Shown here piece after piece: positions 29,303 through 39,186 of a stretch of 64,000 nt of DNA. The position numbers and the translations under genes are program-made. The notes under the pieces are model-generated. The model was given only the letters and a program-made list of their open reading frames with translations, ran no database searches and had not been told where the DNA came from. Each line of letters starts with the position of its first letter. Position 1 is the first letter of the stretch. This DNA comes from Nitrospinota bacterium (GTDB lineage: Bacteria; Nitrospinota_A; UBA7883; JACRLM01), in NCBI GenBank assembly GCA_016208975.1, contig JACQXA010000002.1:74848-138847 (forward strand), in the 5' to 3' direction.

Positions 29303-30199
29303 TCAGACCGGGCCGGGTGGAAGGCCTCCCGCCACTTTATCCTTTAACGCCGCCAGGGTTTCCGCGATCGCCGCCGAACCCGGATTTTGCCGCAAACCCT
29401 CGGCCAGCGCCTTAACGGCTTTTTCGAGGTTCCCCCTCTTCAGCGCGTCATCGGCCACGCTCAACGTGGCCAGCTCGTCGAACACCCCGGCGGCGTGGTT
29501 GCCCACGCGAAGAAGATAACCGTTCGGGTTAAGGGTGAACATGAAACGCTCCCGGGCAAGATCGGTAACGAAATCCAGATTAGCTGAAAGGAAATCCTCG
29601 ATGGCTTCATACGGCCCTTCGCCATGCTCAGGTAATACGGGATGGCCGTTCACATTGGAATCCTCAACGATAAGGTACTGCCCCACGGAAACCAAAGGAG
29701 CGTAAGCGGCCAGCTCGGCGTTAACGTTTTTCCTTGAATGGTCGGAGTCCAGGATGACCATCACGGTCTTCCCCTCGCACTCTTTTTGTACCGCCTCTAC
29801 GATAGCCGGATCCGTGGAGAAACCTCTCATGTAAGTGATCAGCGGATGGACCGGGCGCCAGCTTCCCACTGTCTGCTCGCCTTTAACGTCCACGGTTATC
29901 ACCCTGCCTTTTCCCAAAAGCTGGCATATGCACGCCATGAAATAAGCGCTTCCGCCCATCAGGGTGCCTGTTTCCAGAATTATGTCAGGCTGGCGCTCGG
30001 TTATTATTTCCTGATATATCCAGAGATCCAGCGGATTTTTTATGGCGAAATAGCCCAACCACGAAACGTCAAGCGTAAACCTTCCGTCTCTCCACACCCG
30101 GTAATAAAGCTTGTGAAAATCCTCAACAATGCGGCGCTCGTCATTGGTAAGCGCCCTTATCTCGGCGGGTGGAGTATATACCACTTTTTTTTCCGGCAT
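29303..30199 (-). CDS. CmcI/cephalosporin-hydroxylase-family methyltransferase
   Basis: KNPLDLWIYQEII...PDIILETGTLMGGSA; VILDSDH; YLIVEDSN; start set at MPEKK. Confidence 0.85.
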   Translation of the reverse strand: MPEKKVVYTPPAEIRALTNDERRIVEDFHKLYYRVWRDGRFTLDVSWLGYFAIKNPLDLWIYQEIITERQPDIILETGTLMGGSAYFMACICQLLGKGRVITVDVKGEQTVGSWRPVHPLITYMRGFSTDPAIVEAVQKECEGKTVMVILDSDHSRKNVNAELAAYAPLVSVGQYLIVEDSNVNGHPVLPEHGEGPYEAIEDFLSANLDFVTDLARERFMFTLNPNGYLLRVGNHAAGVFDELATLSVADDALKRGNLEKAVKALAEGLRQNPGSAAIAETLAALKDKVAGGLPPGPV

Positions 30200-30409
30200 G
30201 GGCCTCGCAAATGAAAGTAATTTTCCATTGATTATACATACGCCGGGGAAAATGTTGAATGTGTTGTTAAACCCGCCGTCTTTCCATTCATCGCTGGTGG
30301 GGGGGGGTGGATTACCGCATCGTAGATTCAAATCACGGATACCCTTCCTAATTTCCGTAACACGGGGGAATTGTGAAACTGGAGCCAAGCGCCCAGTTTG
30401 GAGGTGTCT

Positions 30410-30440
30410 TGGTTCCCTAGGAAGGGAGAAAACGGGCAAT
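30410..30440. repeat. 31-bp direct repeat, left copy
   Basis: TGGTTCCCTAGGAAGGGAGAAAACGGGCAAT; 29/31 identical to 31385-31415. Confidence 0.8.
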
Positions 30441-30504
30441 GGAAGGTGGATTGTCAGGGCTTTAAACAGCTTTTTGAATCTTAATAATCCAGTTCCAGGA
30501 TCCT

Positions 30505-30655
30505 GGTAGTGTCTCAGTTTGAAAGTACAGGAGAGATCCTTCACTTACGCCCAAAATGACAATATAAAAGCAGTTGATAACATTGTCATCCTGAACGAAG
30601 CGCAAGCGAAGTGAAGGATCTGTCTATTATTTGAGATTCAAACTGGGACACCACC
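30505..30655 (+). mobile_element. 151-bp MITE, copy 2
   Basis: Same TIRs and internal hairpin; flanks AGGATCCT/GGAATCCT (6/8). Confidence 0.88.
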
Positions 30656-30698
30656 GGAATCCTTGCGTGCTATTATGCTTTCCATTATAATCTATTCC

Positions 30699-30983
30699 AT
30701 GATAATAACGTTTGCCTGCAAACGGACCGAAGCATTTTTCCGGAAAGGAAAAGCGTCGGGACTCCTTGCGGGGCAGATACAGAATGCCGCATCAAGAAAG
30801 TTGCAGATGCTACATTTCGCCGTGGATGTGAATGACCTTAAAGTTCCACCGGGCAACCAGCTTGAGGCGCTTAAAGGGAGCCGAAAAGGTCAATACAGCA
30901 TCAGGATAAACAACCAATATCGAATATGCTTCCGGTTCGAGGGAAGCAACGCTTACGACGTGGAGATAGTGGACTATCACTAA
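30699..30983 (+). CDS. higB: HigB (RelE/ParE-family) toxin
   Basis: MIITF...RKLQML...DLKVPPGNQLEALKGSRKGQYSIRINNQYRICF...VEIVDYH. Confidence 0.92.
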   Translation: MIITFACKRTEAFFRKGKASGLLAGQIQNAASRKLQMLHFAVDVNDLKVPPGNQLEALKGSRKGQYSIRINNQYRICFRFEGSNAYDVEIVDYH

Positions 30984-31003
30984 GCCATGAGGAGACAAGG
31001 GAA

Positions 31004-31309
31004 ATGATTGGATTGAAAGTCGAACATCCCGGGATAATTCTCCGGGAAGAGTATCTGGAGCCCCTGGGTATCACGCAAACCCAGCTCGCCCGGGAAACCG
31101 GCATCAGCTATCTGCGGGTGAACGAACTGGTCAACGGTAAAAGAGGGATCACCCCCGACACCGCCATGCGGCTGGCGAAATATCTGGGAACGTCCGCTGA
31201 ATACTGGATGAACTGGCAATCGGCCTTCGACCTGCAAAAAGCCGAGACCGAACATCACAAAGAGTATGAGCGGATTCCCGCTTTTACGCCACAGTTGATC
31301 ACTCGTTAA
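31004..31309 (+). CDS. higA: HigA antitoxin (XRE HTH)
   Basis: HPGIILREEYLEPLGITQ...ITPDTAMRLAKYLGTSAEYWMNWQ. Confidence 0.93.
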   Translation: MIGLKVEHPGIILREEYLEPLGITQTQLARETGISYLRVNELVNGKRGITPDTAMRLAKYLGTSAEYWMNWQSAFDLQKAETEHHKEYERIPAFTPQLITR

Positions 31310-31384
31310 GAAGAGAATCCATCGTTACACGGTAAATGATTTCCGCCAGCAGGTTGGAAAAGGTTCTGCGGCCAAGATTTTGAA

Positions 31385-31415
31385 TGGCTCCCTAGGAAGG
31401 GAGAAAATGGGCAAT
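31385..31415. repeat. 31-bp direct repeat, right copy
   Basis: TGGCTCCCTAGGAAGGGAGAAAATGGGCAAT; abuts the IS3 relic. Confidence 0.8.
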
Positions 31416-31855
31416 TGACCTTCTCCCAATTTTCCGGAGCGCGGGCATCTTCCGGTTGCGGCGTTTCGTCCGCAAGGATAGCCCCTCCTCGTGGTATATC
31501 CGCTCGCTCCGTTTGTGGTTTGTCTCCAGCCCCTCCGCCCGTAACATCGCATGCAACCTGGGCAAACCAAACCGCCGGTTCCTGGCCGCCAGTTCACGCA
31601 TCCGTTTCCGCAACGTGTCGTCCTTGCCGGAATCATCAACCTCATAATGAAACGTGGAACCGGCGATTCCAGCCAAACAGCATGCCCGGTAATGCCGCGC
31701 TGGCGGCAAAGGTATTATGTTTTTTTTGCCAGCCTCGGATTCCTTCAATATCCCGATGATCCGCTCTCCCGTTAACCGTTCCTTCATGCGAATCCTCCTT
31801 TAAGTATTCTAAGGGCACGCGCCTTGAAAACGCTCCAATCATCTGGTGAAGGTCA
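31416..31855 (-). mobile_element. Internally deleted IS3-family (IS407-group-like) element, 440 bp
   Basis: Imperfect IRs starting TGACCTTC at both ends (18/25); OrfA N-terminus (ERIIGILKESEAG) fused to OrfB N-terminus (LAARNRRFGLPRLH...NHKRSERIYHEEGLSL); no DDE core. Confidence 0.8.
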
Positions 31856-32036
31856 TAATATCCCGCCAATTTTGGGATATACGCTCGAATAATATCTACT
31901 TTTCCTGAACATCTTTACGCGGTATGTCCGGTTGCGAACAAGACCGCCACACCTGTTCTTCCTTTTCAACGATACAAGCACTATGTTTGTTTCAGAATAT
32001 GTGTTCGTTATTTAACTATTGTTTGGAGGACTAGGT

Positions 32037-32519
32037 ATGACCGCCGCGCCGGACAAATTACGCTTTATTTTCCACGGTCTGCTTTTGGCGACTCTTTTAA
32101 TCGCGGCTCCCGCCATTGCGGAGAACCATACGTCCGCCGTGAAGGCAAGCGCTAAAACGGATGTTCTGGTTGTCAACGCCAGCGGATTCATACATGACCG
32201 AGGCGTGGCTGTCGCAAACCTGTTCCGCGAGGGGGAGGATATATTCCGGAAGCCGTCAATCCGCGTAATGGCGAATATTTCCAATGGAAAGGCCGTTTTC
32301 GCTATTCCCGATCTTAAATACGGAACCTACGCTGTCACTGTGTTTCACGACGAAGACGGCAATGGCGATCTGGATCACAACATGCTCCACATGCCGGCGG
32401 AGCCGCTGGGATTTTCAAACGGTTTTAAGATGTCGCTGTTCTCGGGATTGCCAAGCTTCGCAAAACTTAAGTTTGCTTTCGCGCCAGGCGGCAAACCACT
32501 GGATATCACCGTCCGGTGA
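32037..32519 (+). CDS. DUF2141-family exported protein
   Basis: YGTYAVTVFHDEDGNGDLD...PAEPLGFSN. Confidence 0.8.
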   Translation: MTAAPDKLRFIFHGLLLATLLIAAPAIAENHTSAVKASAKTDVLVVNASGFIHDRGVAVANLFREGEDIFRKPSIRVMANISNGKAVFAIPDLKYGTYAVTVFHDEDGNGDLDHNMLHMPAEPLGFSNGFKMSLFSGLPSFAKLKFAFAPGGKPLDITVR

Positions 32520-32544
32520 CGTCGCATAAAGGAAGATACGGATC

Positions 32545-33768
32545 ATGACATTTCTAAAGATCGCATTTGGCAATCTCAAGCGCAATCGCAGGCGGACATT
32601 GTCCACGATAGCCGTCATCTGCGTTGGCGTTAGCATGATGGCTCTCACCAACGGGTTTACAGACGGCGTAACCGCCAGCATGTCCGGCTCGCTGGTAAAC
32701 CAAATTGACGGCCACTTGAGAATAGAGCACCGCGACTACAAGAAATACGCAATCACGGATCAGGAGAAGATTCTGATTAAGGATTTTCGCGAGCTTGCGG
32801 ACGAGGTGGGGCGAAATCCGCATGTTATTGCCGTCATGCCGAGAGTTTTGACAGGCGGGTTGATTGGCAAGGACGACAAGAGCACAACTTTCTTTGCGAC
32901 TATCTCCAGTTTTGAAACTTTAAGCAAAGTGCTTCCCGACTACGCAAATAACCTGACCGCCGGGGAACCATTGTTACCCGCCGATCCCGATGGAGTATTG
33001 ATCGGAAAGGCGCTTGCGCAGAGCCTTGCCCTGAACATCGGTGATGAAGTGGCTCTATTGTCCAAAACTGTTCATGGAGAACAAAGTAGCGCGCTTGCTC
33101 ATATCCGGGGGATTGTGACTTTCCCGCAAGACCCCATAGTTGAACAAAGCCTGATAGTGGCCGGGATGGGCAAGAGCATGAAAGAGAACCTTCTGGATAT
33201 AGGCGAAGGGGCGACACAACTGCTGGTTCGGCTGGACGATATCAATAACGTTCCTGAAGTCGCGGAGAGCCTGAACAGGCAATTTGAATCGCAAAACCTG
33301 CCTTGGAGAGTTGTTCCCTGGTACGAGAGCAAGACCTACAGCCAGATTGTGGGAATGCTCAATGGAATAAACGTGGTGATCATGTTCATTCTGGCGCTGA
33401 TGCTTGGAGTAATAACAAGCAATGCGCTCCTGATGGCGTTCTTCGAGCGTATAAATGAAATCGGCTCACTGCGCGCCATTGGAATGCGCAAGCTGGAAAT
33501 CCGCCAATTGCTTTATTACGAGGCGGCGATTACCGGAGCTGTTGGAACGCTGGCCGGGCTGGCCCTTGGAGCGGCGCTGATTTTCTCCGCGTCTCATTTT
33601 GGCGTCCCGCTCGGGAGTTTTTTGAACCAGCTGGTGCGCCCAACGCTGACGGCAATCAGTTTCGCCGCGTCGGCTGTGGTTCCAATTATAGCCATCATGG
33701 CGGCAGCCACCGCGCCCATCCGTTTGGCAACCAGGATGAGCGTAATCGAATCCCTCAATTACCGCTGA
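32545..33768 (+). CDS. ABC transporter permease, LolE/FtsX-like
   Basis: IAFGNLKRNRRRTL; large periplasmic domain; FERINEIGSLRAIG. Confidence 0.88.
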   Translation: MTFLKIAFGNLKRNRRRTLSTIAVICVGVSMMALTNGFTDGVTASMSGSLVNQIDGHLRIEHRDYKKYAITDQEKILIKDFRELADEVGRNPHVIAVMPRVLTGGLIGKDDKSTTFFATISSFETLSKVLPDYANNLTAGEPLLPADPDGVLIGKALAQSLALNIGDEVALLSKTVHGEQSSALAHIRGIVTFPQDPIVEQSLIVAGMGKSMKENLLDIGEGATQLLVRLDDINNVPEVAESLNRQFESQNLPWRVVPWYESKTYSQIVGMLNGINVVIMFILALMLGVITSNALLMAFFERINEIGSLRAIGMRKLEIRQLLYYEAAITGAVGTLAGLALGAALIFSASHFGVPLGSFLNQLVRPTLTAISFAASAVVPIIAIMAAATAPIRLATRMSVIESLNYR

Positions 33769-33780
33769 AAGGAGGCGGCC

Positions 33781-35004
33781 GTGTTTTTTGAGCTTGCATA
33801 CAAGAATCTTTGGCGCAACAAGCGCAGAACGATTCTGGCGGAAATATCCATCACTTTAGGTGTGTTGGTGATTATCTGCACCGGAAATTTTTTAAATGGA
33901 ATGCAACGAGGCTGGGCAATGCTGGAAATCAACTCAAACACGGGCGCGTTCCAGGTGGAGCACAGGGATTACAAGGAAAAAGGCAAGGCCGAACCGCTGA
34001 AAACGACGCTGGAGAACAGCGCCGCGCTCATAGACGAGATCAGCGTGGCGCCCGGGGTAAGCGGCGCTTTTGGAAAACTAAAATTCACCGGCATGGTCAG
34101 CAGAGGGCTTAAAAGCACGTTTTTCGATGGGGTGGCGGTGGATGTAACGCGGCTGAAAAATACTCTCACCCGGCAGGAGGATATGATTACAAGCGGGAAG
34201 CCTTTGGATGAAACACCGGGCGGAGTTGTTTTAGGGGCCGATCTCGCCGACTCGCTTGGAATCAAAACCGGCGATCCGGTGACCATAGTCGTGCAGACGT
34301 TCCACGGCGGTTTGAACCTCACCTATGGCGCTTTGGCTGGAGTAAAAAACGGACGCCACTTCCCGTCATCCACCTATCTGGAAATGCGTTTGGACGAGGC
34401 TCAAAAGCTACTCCGGGCGCCAGGCCGCGTATCCCAGATCGTTGTGAGAGTAAATGATTTCGACAAGATTCCAGATGTAATTGACCGCGTGACCTCAGTG
34501 ATATCAAACAAGGGTATTCCATTCACCACGCGGGCCTATCCCGAACTCATCCAGATGTACGCCACCGCGAAAGCGTCATTCAATTTCATATCAAGAATTG
34601 TTGGCCTTGTCCTGCTTATTCTGGTCGGCGGTGGAGTCGGCAACGTGATGGCAATGGCCGTTATGGAGCGCAAAAGCGAGATTGGCGCCATGCGCGCCAT
34701 GGGTATGGAGAAGGGGCAGGTACGGCGGCTGTTTCTCACCGAAGGTCTCATCATTGGCGGAGCCGGGGCTTTGGCAGGTTTTTTGGTGGCGACAGCGTGG
34801 ACGTTCGTCATGGCGGCTCACGGAGGGCTACATCTGCCGCCGCCGCCCGGAACAAGCCAGGATTTGGCCATTATCCCACTGGTGGATCCGCTGATAACAG
34901 TTTATGGAATTGCGATGCCGCTTATCGTCGCGTTGATAGCGTCATGGTGGCCAGCGTCGGAGTCCGCCGAAATCAGCCCGGTTCAAGCAATCACGGAGGT
35001 GTAA
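33781..35004 (+). CDS. ABC transporter permease, LolE/FtsX-like
   Basis: LAYKNLWRNKRRT; MERKSEIGAMRAMG; ISPVQAI. Confidence 0.88.
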   Translation: MFFELAYKNLWRNKRRTILAEISITLGVLVIICTGNFLNGMQRGWAMLEINSNTGAFQVEHRDYKEKGKAEPLKTTLENSAALIDEISVAPGVSGAFGKLKFTGMVSRGLKSTFFDGVAVDVTRLKNTLTRQEDMITSGKPLDETPGGVVLGADLADSLGIKTGDPVTIVVQTFHGGLNLTYGALAGVKNGRHFPSSTYLEMRLDEAQKLLRAPGRVSQIVVRVNDFDKIPDVIDRVTSVISNKGIPFTTRAYPELIQMYATAKASFNFISRIVGLVLLILVGGGVGNVMAMAVMERKSEIGAMRAMGMEKGQVRRLFLTEGLIIGGAGALAGFLVATAWTFVMAAHGGLHLPPPPGTSQDLAIIPLVDPLITVYGIAMPLIVALIASWWPASESAEISPVQAITEV

Positions 35005-35006
35005 TC

Positions 35007-35798
35007 ATGAAAAATAATCAATTGTTCACTATTCGCGCTGTGGCTCGCGTTATGGCGGTTATTCTCACGGCGTTTTTTATCTCTGGCCCATCGGTGGCGG
35101 GCCACGCTGGCGAGCGTAAGCTTACCGCCTTACAGATACTCGATCTGGCGGACGACCATTGGGATTTGAAGCTCAAGAATTCCATCGTGGAGCTTGACAT
35201 GCTCGTCTATCGGGAGAATGAACTGCGGACGACATATAAAATGAAGCTTAAATATCAGGACAATTATCACGTGCTGGCCGAGACTCTTTATCCTCCCCGC
35301 AATGAGGGGGAGAAGATGTTGCAATCCGGCAGGAAAAATTATTGGCTGTTTTTGCCAAACATCAACAAGGCCATGAAAATATCCGAATCCAATAGCCTGT
35401 CAAACAGCGATTTTTCCAACTCCGACCTGTTGTCGCCACGCTTAAGCCACGAGTACACGGCGGCTCTTGCTGGAACGGAAACACTGCGGGATGTTGAAAC
35501 GTACAAGCTGGAACTGCTGGCGAAAGACGAAAGCTCTTTATACGCAAAGATCGTTTACTGGGTGAGGAAAGGCGATTTCTTCCCTGTGCGCCGCGATTAC
35601 TACACGTTCTCCGGGCAATTGTTAAAGCGGCTGGACTTGAAATGCTCATCGCCGGAGTTGAAGGGAATGCTGGACACGTTTGTAATGAGCAGTGTGCTGG
35701 AAAAGGACAAGAAGACTGTTCTCTGTTACACCAGGCATACTCCAAAGGTGACTTATCCGGATGACACTTTTTCGCCCAGCGCCCTGATGAAACGATGA
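35007..35798 (+). CDS. LolA-like outer-membrane lipoprotein-sorting protein
   Basis: Signal peptide; YPPRNEGEKML...WLFLPNI...SNSDFSNSDL; RRDYY...LLK; GGAGG RBS before ATG 35007. Confidence 0.8.
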   Translation: MKNNQLFTIRAVARVMAVILTAFFISGPSVAGHAGERKLTALQILDLADDHWDLKLKNSIVELDMLVYRENELRTTYKMKLKYQDNYHVLAETLYPPRNEGEKMLQSGRKNYWLFLPNINKAMKISESNSLSNSDFSNSDLLSPRLSHEYTAALAGTETLRDVETYKLELLAKDESSLYAKIVYWVRKGDFFPVRRDYYTFSGQLLKRLDLKCSSPELKGMLDTFVMSSVLEKDKKTVLCYTRHTPKVTYPDDTFSPSALMKR

Positions 35799-35825
35799 TG
35801 GAAGCGAGATAACACGGAGGATTCA

Positions 35826-37172
35826 ATGAAAGCAAGTTACCTGCTCTTCGCCGCCGCATTGATTGCTTCGCAAACGAGCCGGCCGTCTCTTGCGCATGCG
35901 GCTGAAACCTTGTCCGCTTCCGGCGTTCAGGAAGATGCGTTTGGAAATGACGATCCGTTCGCTGTGATTGGCGCCGAAAACAAATTGCCGCATCAAGACG
36001 CAGTGGAATCAGGAATAGCCGGAAACAAACCGCAGGCGAGGGCCGAAGTGTTCTTCAAGGCGTATAACGCTGATATCAACATGAACTCCAGAGTCAATCC
36101 AGGAAACCGGATTCAGAAACTTAAAGAGATCACAGGAGCCGCCGAAACCAGAGTGACCATTTCCGATAGTATGGCCGCTGAAAACACGCTTCGCTGGCTT
36201 TTTAAAGGCTTCGCCGCAGGGCCAGATTATCACGAAGCGGACGGGACGCAACGCGGCAAGGAATCCCGGATTGACGAGCTTTTCGTTGACTGGAGGAGCG
36301 AGCGGTTATTCGTGAGCGCCGGCAAGAGGCGCGTCAACTGGGGGCACGCGCAGGGATTCAACCCCGTGAATGTGGTTGCTCCGCAAAGAGACCCGCTAAA
36401 TCCCGGCTATCAATCCGAAGGCCAGCCGTTGGTTTGGGGCAGTTTCAGCGGCGCAATTGGAGTGATTGACATCATCCTCACCCGCAACTACGACGAGAAT
36501 TGGAACAGCGATAAATATCGTTGGGGGCTGAAATTGGGCTATTCAGGCTCCGACATTGATTTCGCCGTTTACTATTTTGACGGAGAAGAATATTCAGCCG
36601 GTAAGCCTTTTGAGAGGATGCTGGGCGCTTCCTTTGCGGCAGAGGCCGCGCCCGGCGTGACGCTATACGCCGAAGGGGCTCGGGTGGCCCGTAATTACAG
36701 GCCGTATTACTCGGCCGCAGGCTCCGCGCTGAACACAGGCGAAGGCTATTTCCAGGGAGTCATAGGCTCGTCAATCAGCCTTGGCGGCAAGTCCAGCATG
36801 TTTATCGAATACTTATATAACGGCCAAGGGTATTCAAACGATGAGCGGGGCAACTATCTGCGGGCGGTTGATGCAATGCTGGCCAACAGCGCCGCACAAG
36901 CTATATCGGGTGATTTCACCCTCGCCGGATTAAACAGGCGCTATCTGCTGGCAAGCGTCAAGAAAGAGTATCGCGAGAAATACAACTTCGGCATAAGCGT
37001 GATTGTGGCGGAGGATAAATCCAACTCCACTCGAGCTGAAGTCTCTTATGCCATCTCGGATTATTACGAGGCGCAGGTCTCTTATCTGGATTACTCCGGC
37101 GGGATGGACTCCGAGTTCGGCGCCAACCCGTACAGGGGATTGCTCGAAATCAGCTTAAAAGCCAGTTTTTAA
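35826..37172 (+). CDS. Putative outer-membrane beta-barrel protein
   Basis: Signal peptide; AGKRRVNWG..GFNP; alternating beta strands; terminal Phe. Confidence 0.7.
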   Translation: MKASYLLFAAALIASQTSRPSLAHAAETLSASGVQEDAFGNDDPFAVIGAENKLPHQDAVESGIAGNKPQARAEVFFKAYNADINMNSRVNPGNRIQKLKEITGAAETRVTISDSMAAENTLRWLFKGFAAGPDYHEADGTQRGKESRIDELFVDWRSERLFVSAGKRRVNWGHAQGFNPVNVVAPQRDPLNPGYQSEGQPLVWGSFSGAIGVIDIILTRNYDENWNSDKYRWGLKLGYSGSDIDFAVYYFDGEEYSAGKPFERMLGASFAAEAAPGVTLYAEGARVARNYRPYYSAAGSALNTGEGYFQGVIGSSISLGGKSSMFIEYLYNGQGYSNDERGNYLRAVDAMLANSAAQAISGDFTLAGLNRRYLLASVKKEYREKYNFGISVIVAEDKSNSTRAEVSYAISDYYEAQVSYLDYSGGMDSEFGANPYRGLLEISLKASF

Positions 37173-37186
37173 ATGGGGAGGAAAGT

Positions 37187-37909
37187 ATGAACATCCAACT
37201 AAAATCGGTCGGCAAAGAATACACGCTTGGAAAGACAACGGTGAGCGCCTTGCGAGACGCGTCGCTGACCGTTGAGCAAGGCGAATATGTGACCATCACC
37301 GGCCCTTCGGGCAGTGGCAAGTCCACTTTGCTGCATCTTATGGGCGCGCTTGATCAGCCGACCTCCGGCGAAATATTGATGGACGGCGAGCCGGTGAACA
37401 AGCTGGACGACAGTAGCCTGGCCCGGATACGCCGCGACCGGATTGGGTTTATTTTCCAATCGTTCAACCTGATTCCGGTGCTGAGCGTCTATGGGAACGT
37501 TGAATTCCCGCTTATCCTGAAAAAGACACCGAAAAAAGAGCGCAGAGACCGGGTGCTCGCGATTTTGGACCGCGTGGGCCTGGGCGACAGGGCGGACCAT
37601 AAAACCGAGGAGTTGAGCGGCGGGCAACGCCAGCGTGTTGCCATAGCGCGAGCGCTTGTGACAAACCCAAGCGTCATCCTCTCTGACGAGCCGACCGCTA
37701 ACCTGGATTCAAAGACAGGACGCGAGATTATCGAACTGATGCAAACTCTCAACGATGAACAGAGGGTTACATTGGTCTTCGCCACCCATGACCGCGGCAT
37801 TGTCGCGGACGCGCGGCGTGTTATCAGCGTGCTCGACGGAAGGATCCTGGAAGACAAAATAGTGTCGAAGGAAACATGCGCAAGTGTTGGCCAGCGCTGT
37901 TCCCGGTGA
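37187..37909 (+). CDS. ABC transporter ATP-binding protein, LolD/MacB-like
   Basis: GPSGSGKS, LSGGQRQRVAIARAL, DEPTANLD. Confidence 0.93.
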   Translation: MNIQLKSVGKEYTLGKTTVSALRDASLTVEQGEYVTITGPSGSGKSTLLHLMGALDQPTSGEILMDGEPVNKLDDSSLARIRRDRIGFIFQSFNLIPVLSVYGNVEFPLILKKTPKKERRDRVLAILDRVGLGDRADHKTEELSGGQRQRVAIARALVTNPSVILSDEPTANLDSKTGREIIELMQTLNDEQRVTLVFATHDRGIVADARRVISVLDGRILEDKIVSKETCASVGQRCSR

Positions 37910-37980
37910 CGGTTGGCAAGCTTGCCATCCCCCGTGTGGAAGCATATGGATATGACAGTTATAAAATGGAGGAAGCGTTA

Positions 37981-38100
37981 ATGAACCAAAGAGTTAAAAT
38001 AATCGCGATATCAATAGCGGTTGCGGCGGGCCTGATGGGAATCGCCTATTTTGCGGCGGCGCAAGTCATCGGCTTCATGGCAAAGATGCATGGTTCCTGA
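37981..38100 (+). CDS. Small single-TM peptide (39 aa)
   Basis: GGAGG RBS; MNQRVKIIAISIAVAAGLMGIAYFAAAQVIGFMAKMHGS. Confidence 0.6.
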   Translation: MNQRVKIIAISIAVAAGLMGIAYFAAAQVIGFMAKMHGS

Positions 38101-38229
38101 TGGATTTCTTTCCGCAGGAATGACATTCGCCGTGTCCACGCGGCTTAAATGCCGCCGGCTTGTTTCATGTCACGCAATACTTCTGGTAAGATGCCCAGCA
38201 AGGCAAATAACGGCGCTAGGAACGGAATA

Positions 38230-38823
38230 ATGGATTCGAAAAATCCCGATAGGCGGGTTCAAAAAACACTGGGCCTTTTGAGCCATGCGCTAATCGCCCT
38301 TATCAAGGAACGTAGCTACGAATCCATCAAGGTGCAGGATATTTTGGACCGCGCAAATGTGGGCAGGTCAACGTTCTATTCCCACTTTAAGGATAAGGAC
38401 GATTTGCTGATTAAGGGGTTTGACAACTTGCGCCGCCTCCTTAATTCCGCCCACAACTCCGGCAATGATTATCCTGGTTCAGCATTAATTTCATTTAGCG
38501 GCGCGATGTTCTCCCATGCGTACGATCATAGGCAAATATATCAAGCCACCGCAGGAGGGCAAACCGGCCTTCTTATCATGGGCCAGATGGAAAAGATAAT
38601 ATTTGAAACAATTGCAGAGCGCCTGAAAACGGAGAAAAAGCGGCGTGGGAAATTCGCAATTGAAATTCCGGACGAATTGTTCTGCCATCACCTTGCCTCG
38701 GCGTTCACCTCGGTTATTAAATGGTGGCTGGACAGAAGAACGCCCGTGTCCGCAACCAGGATGGACGAATATTTCCAGGCATTGGCAAAACCATTGCTGG
38801 AAAGATCGTTCGGGAAGAACTGA
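38230..38823 (+). CDS. TetR/AcrR-family regulator
   Basis: DRRVQKT...IKVQDILDRANVGRSTFYSHFKDKDDLL. Confidence 0.9.
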   Translation: MDSKNPDRRVQKTLGLLSHALIALIKERSYESIKVQDILDRANVGRSTFYSHFKDKDDLLIKGFDNLRRLLNSAHNSGNDYPGSALISFSGAMFSHAYDHRQIYQATAGGQTGLLIMGQMEKIIFETIAERLKTEKKRRGKFAIEIPDELFCHHLASAFTSVIKWWLDRRTPVSATRMDEYFQALAKPLLERSFGKN

Positions 38824-38900
38824 TATACGATTGCCAGAGCAGTTTCTGCGGAGCGCAACGGACGCCACCTGCAACGCATTTAGCGTCAACATAATAAGAA

Positions 38901-38976
38901 TGGCTCCCCGGGACGGACTCGAACCGCCGACATGGTGGTTAACAGCCACCCGCTCTACCGACTGAGCTACCGGGGA
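38901..38976 (-). tRNA. tRNA-Asn(GTT)
   Basis: TCCCCGGTAGCTCAGTCGGTAGAGCGGGTGGCTGTTAACCACCATGTCGGCGGTTCGAGTCCGTCCCGGGGAGCCA: 76 nt, GTT anticodon, encoded CCA. Confidence 0.97.
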
Positions 38977-39035
38977 AAACACGAACCTAAAATTTAATCA
39001 AATCCACCCTTCAATGTCAAAACGTATTTTAATGG

Positions 39036-39186
39036 GGTGGTGTCCCAGTTTGAATCTCAAATAATAGACAGATCCTTCACTTCGCTTGCGCTTCGCCCAG
39101 GATGACAATGTTATCAACGGCTTTTATATTGTCATTCTGAGCGTAAGTGAAGAATCTCCCCTGTACTTTCAAACTGGGACACTACC
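39036..39186 (-). mobile_element. 151-bp MITE, copy 3 (inverted)
   Basis: Same sequence in reverse orientation; no 8-bp flanking duplication (TTTAATGG/CCAGCTGT). Confidence 0.86.

Noticed and set aside
29228-38976. Prophage or ICE at tRNA-Asn
   Set aside because: No integrase, phage structural or conjugation genes are recognisable; only att-like remnants and cargo
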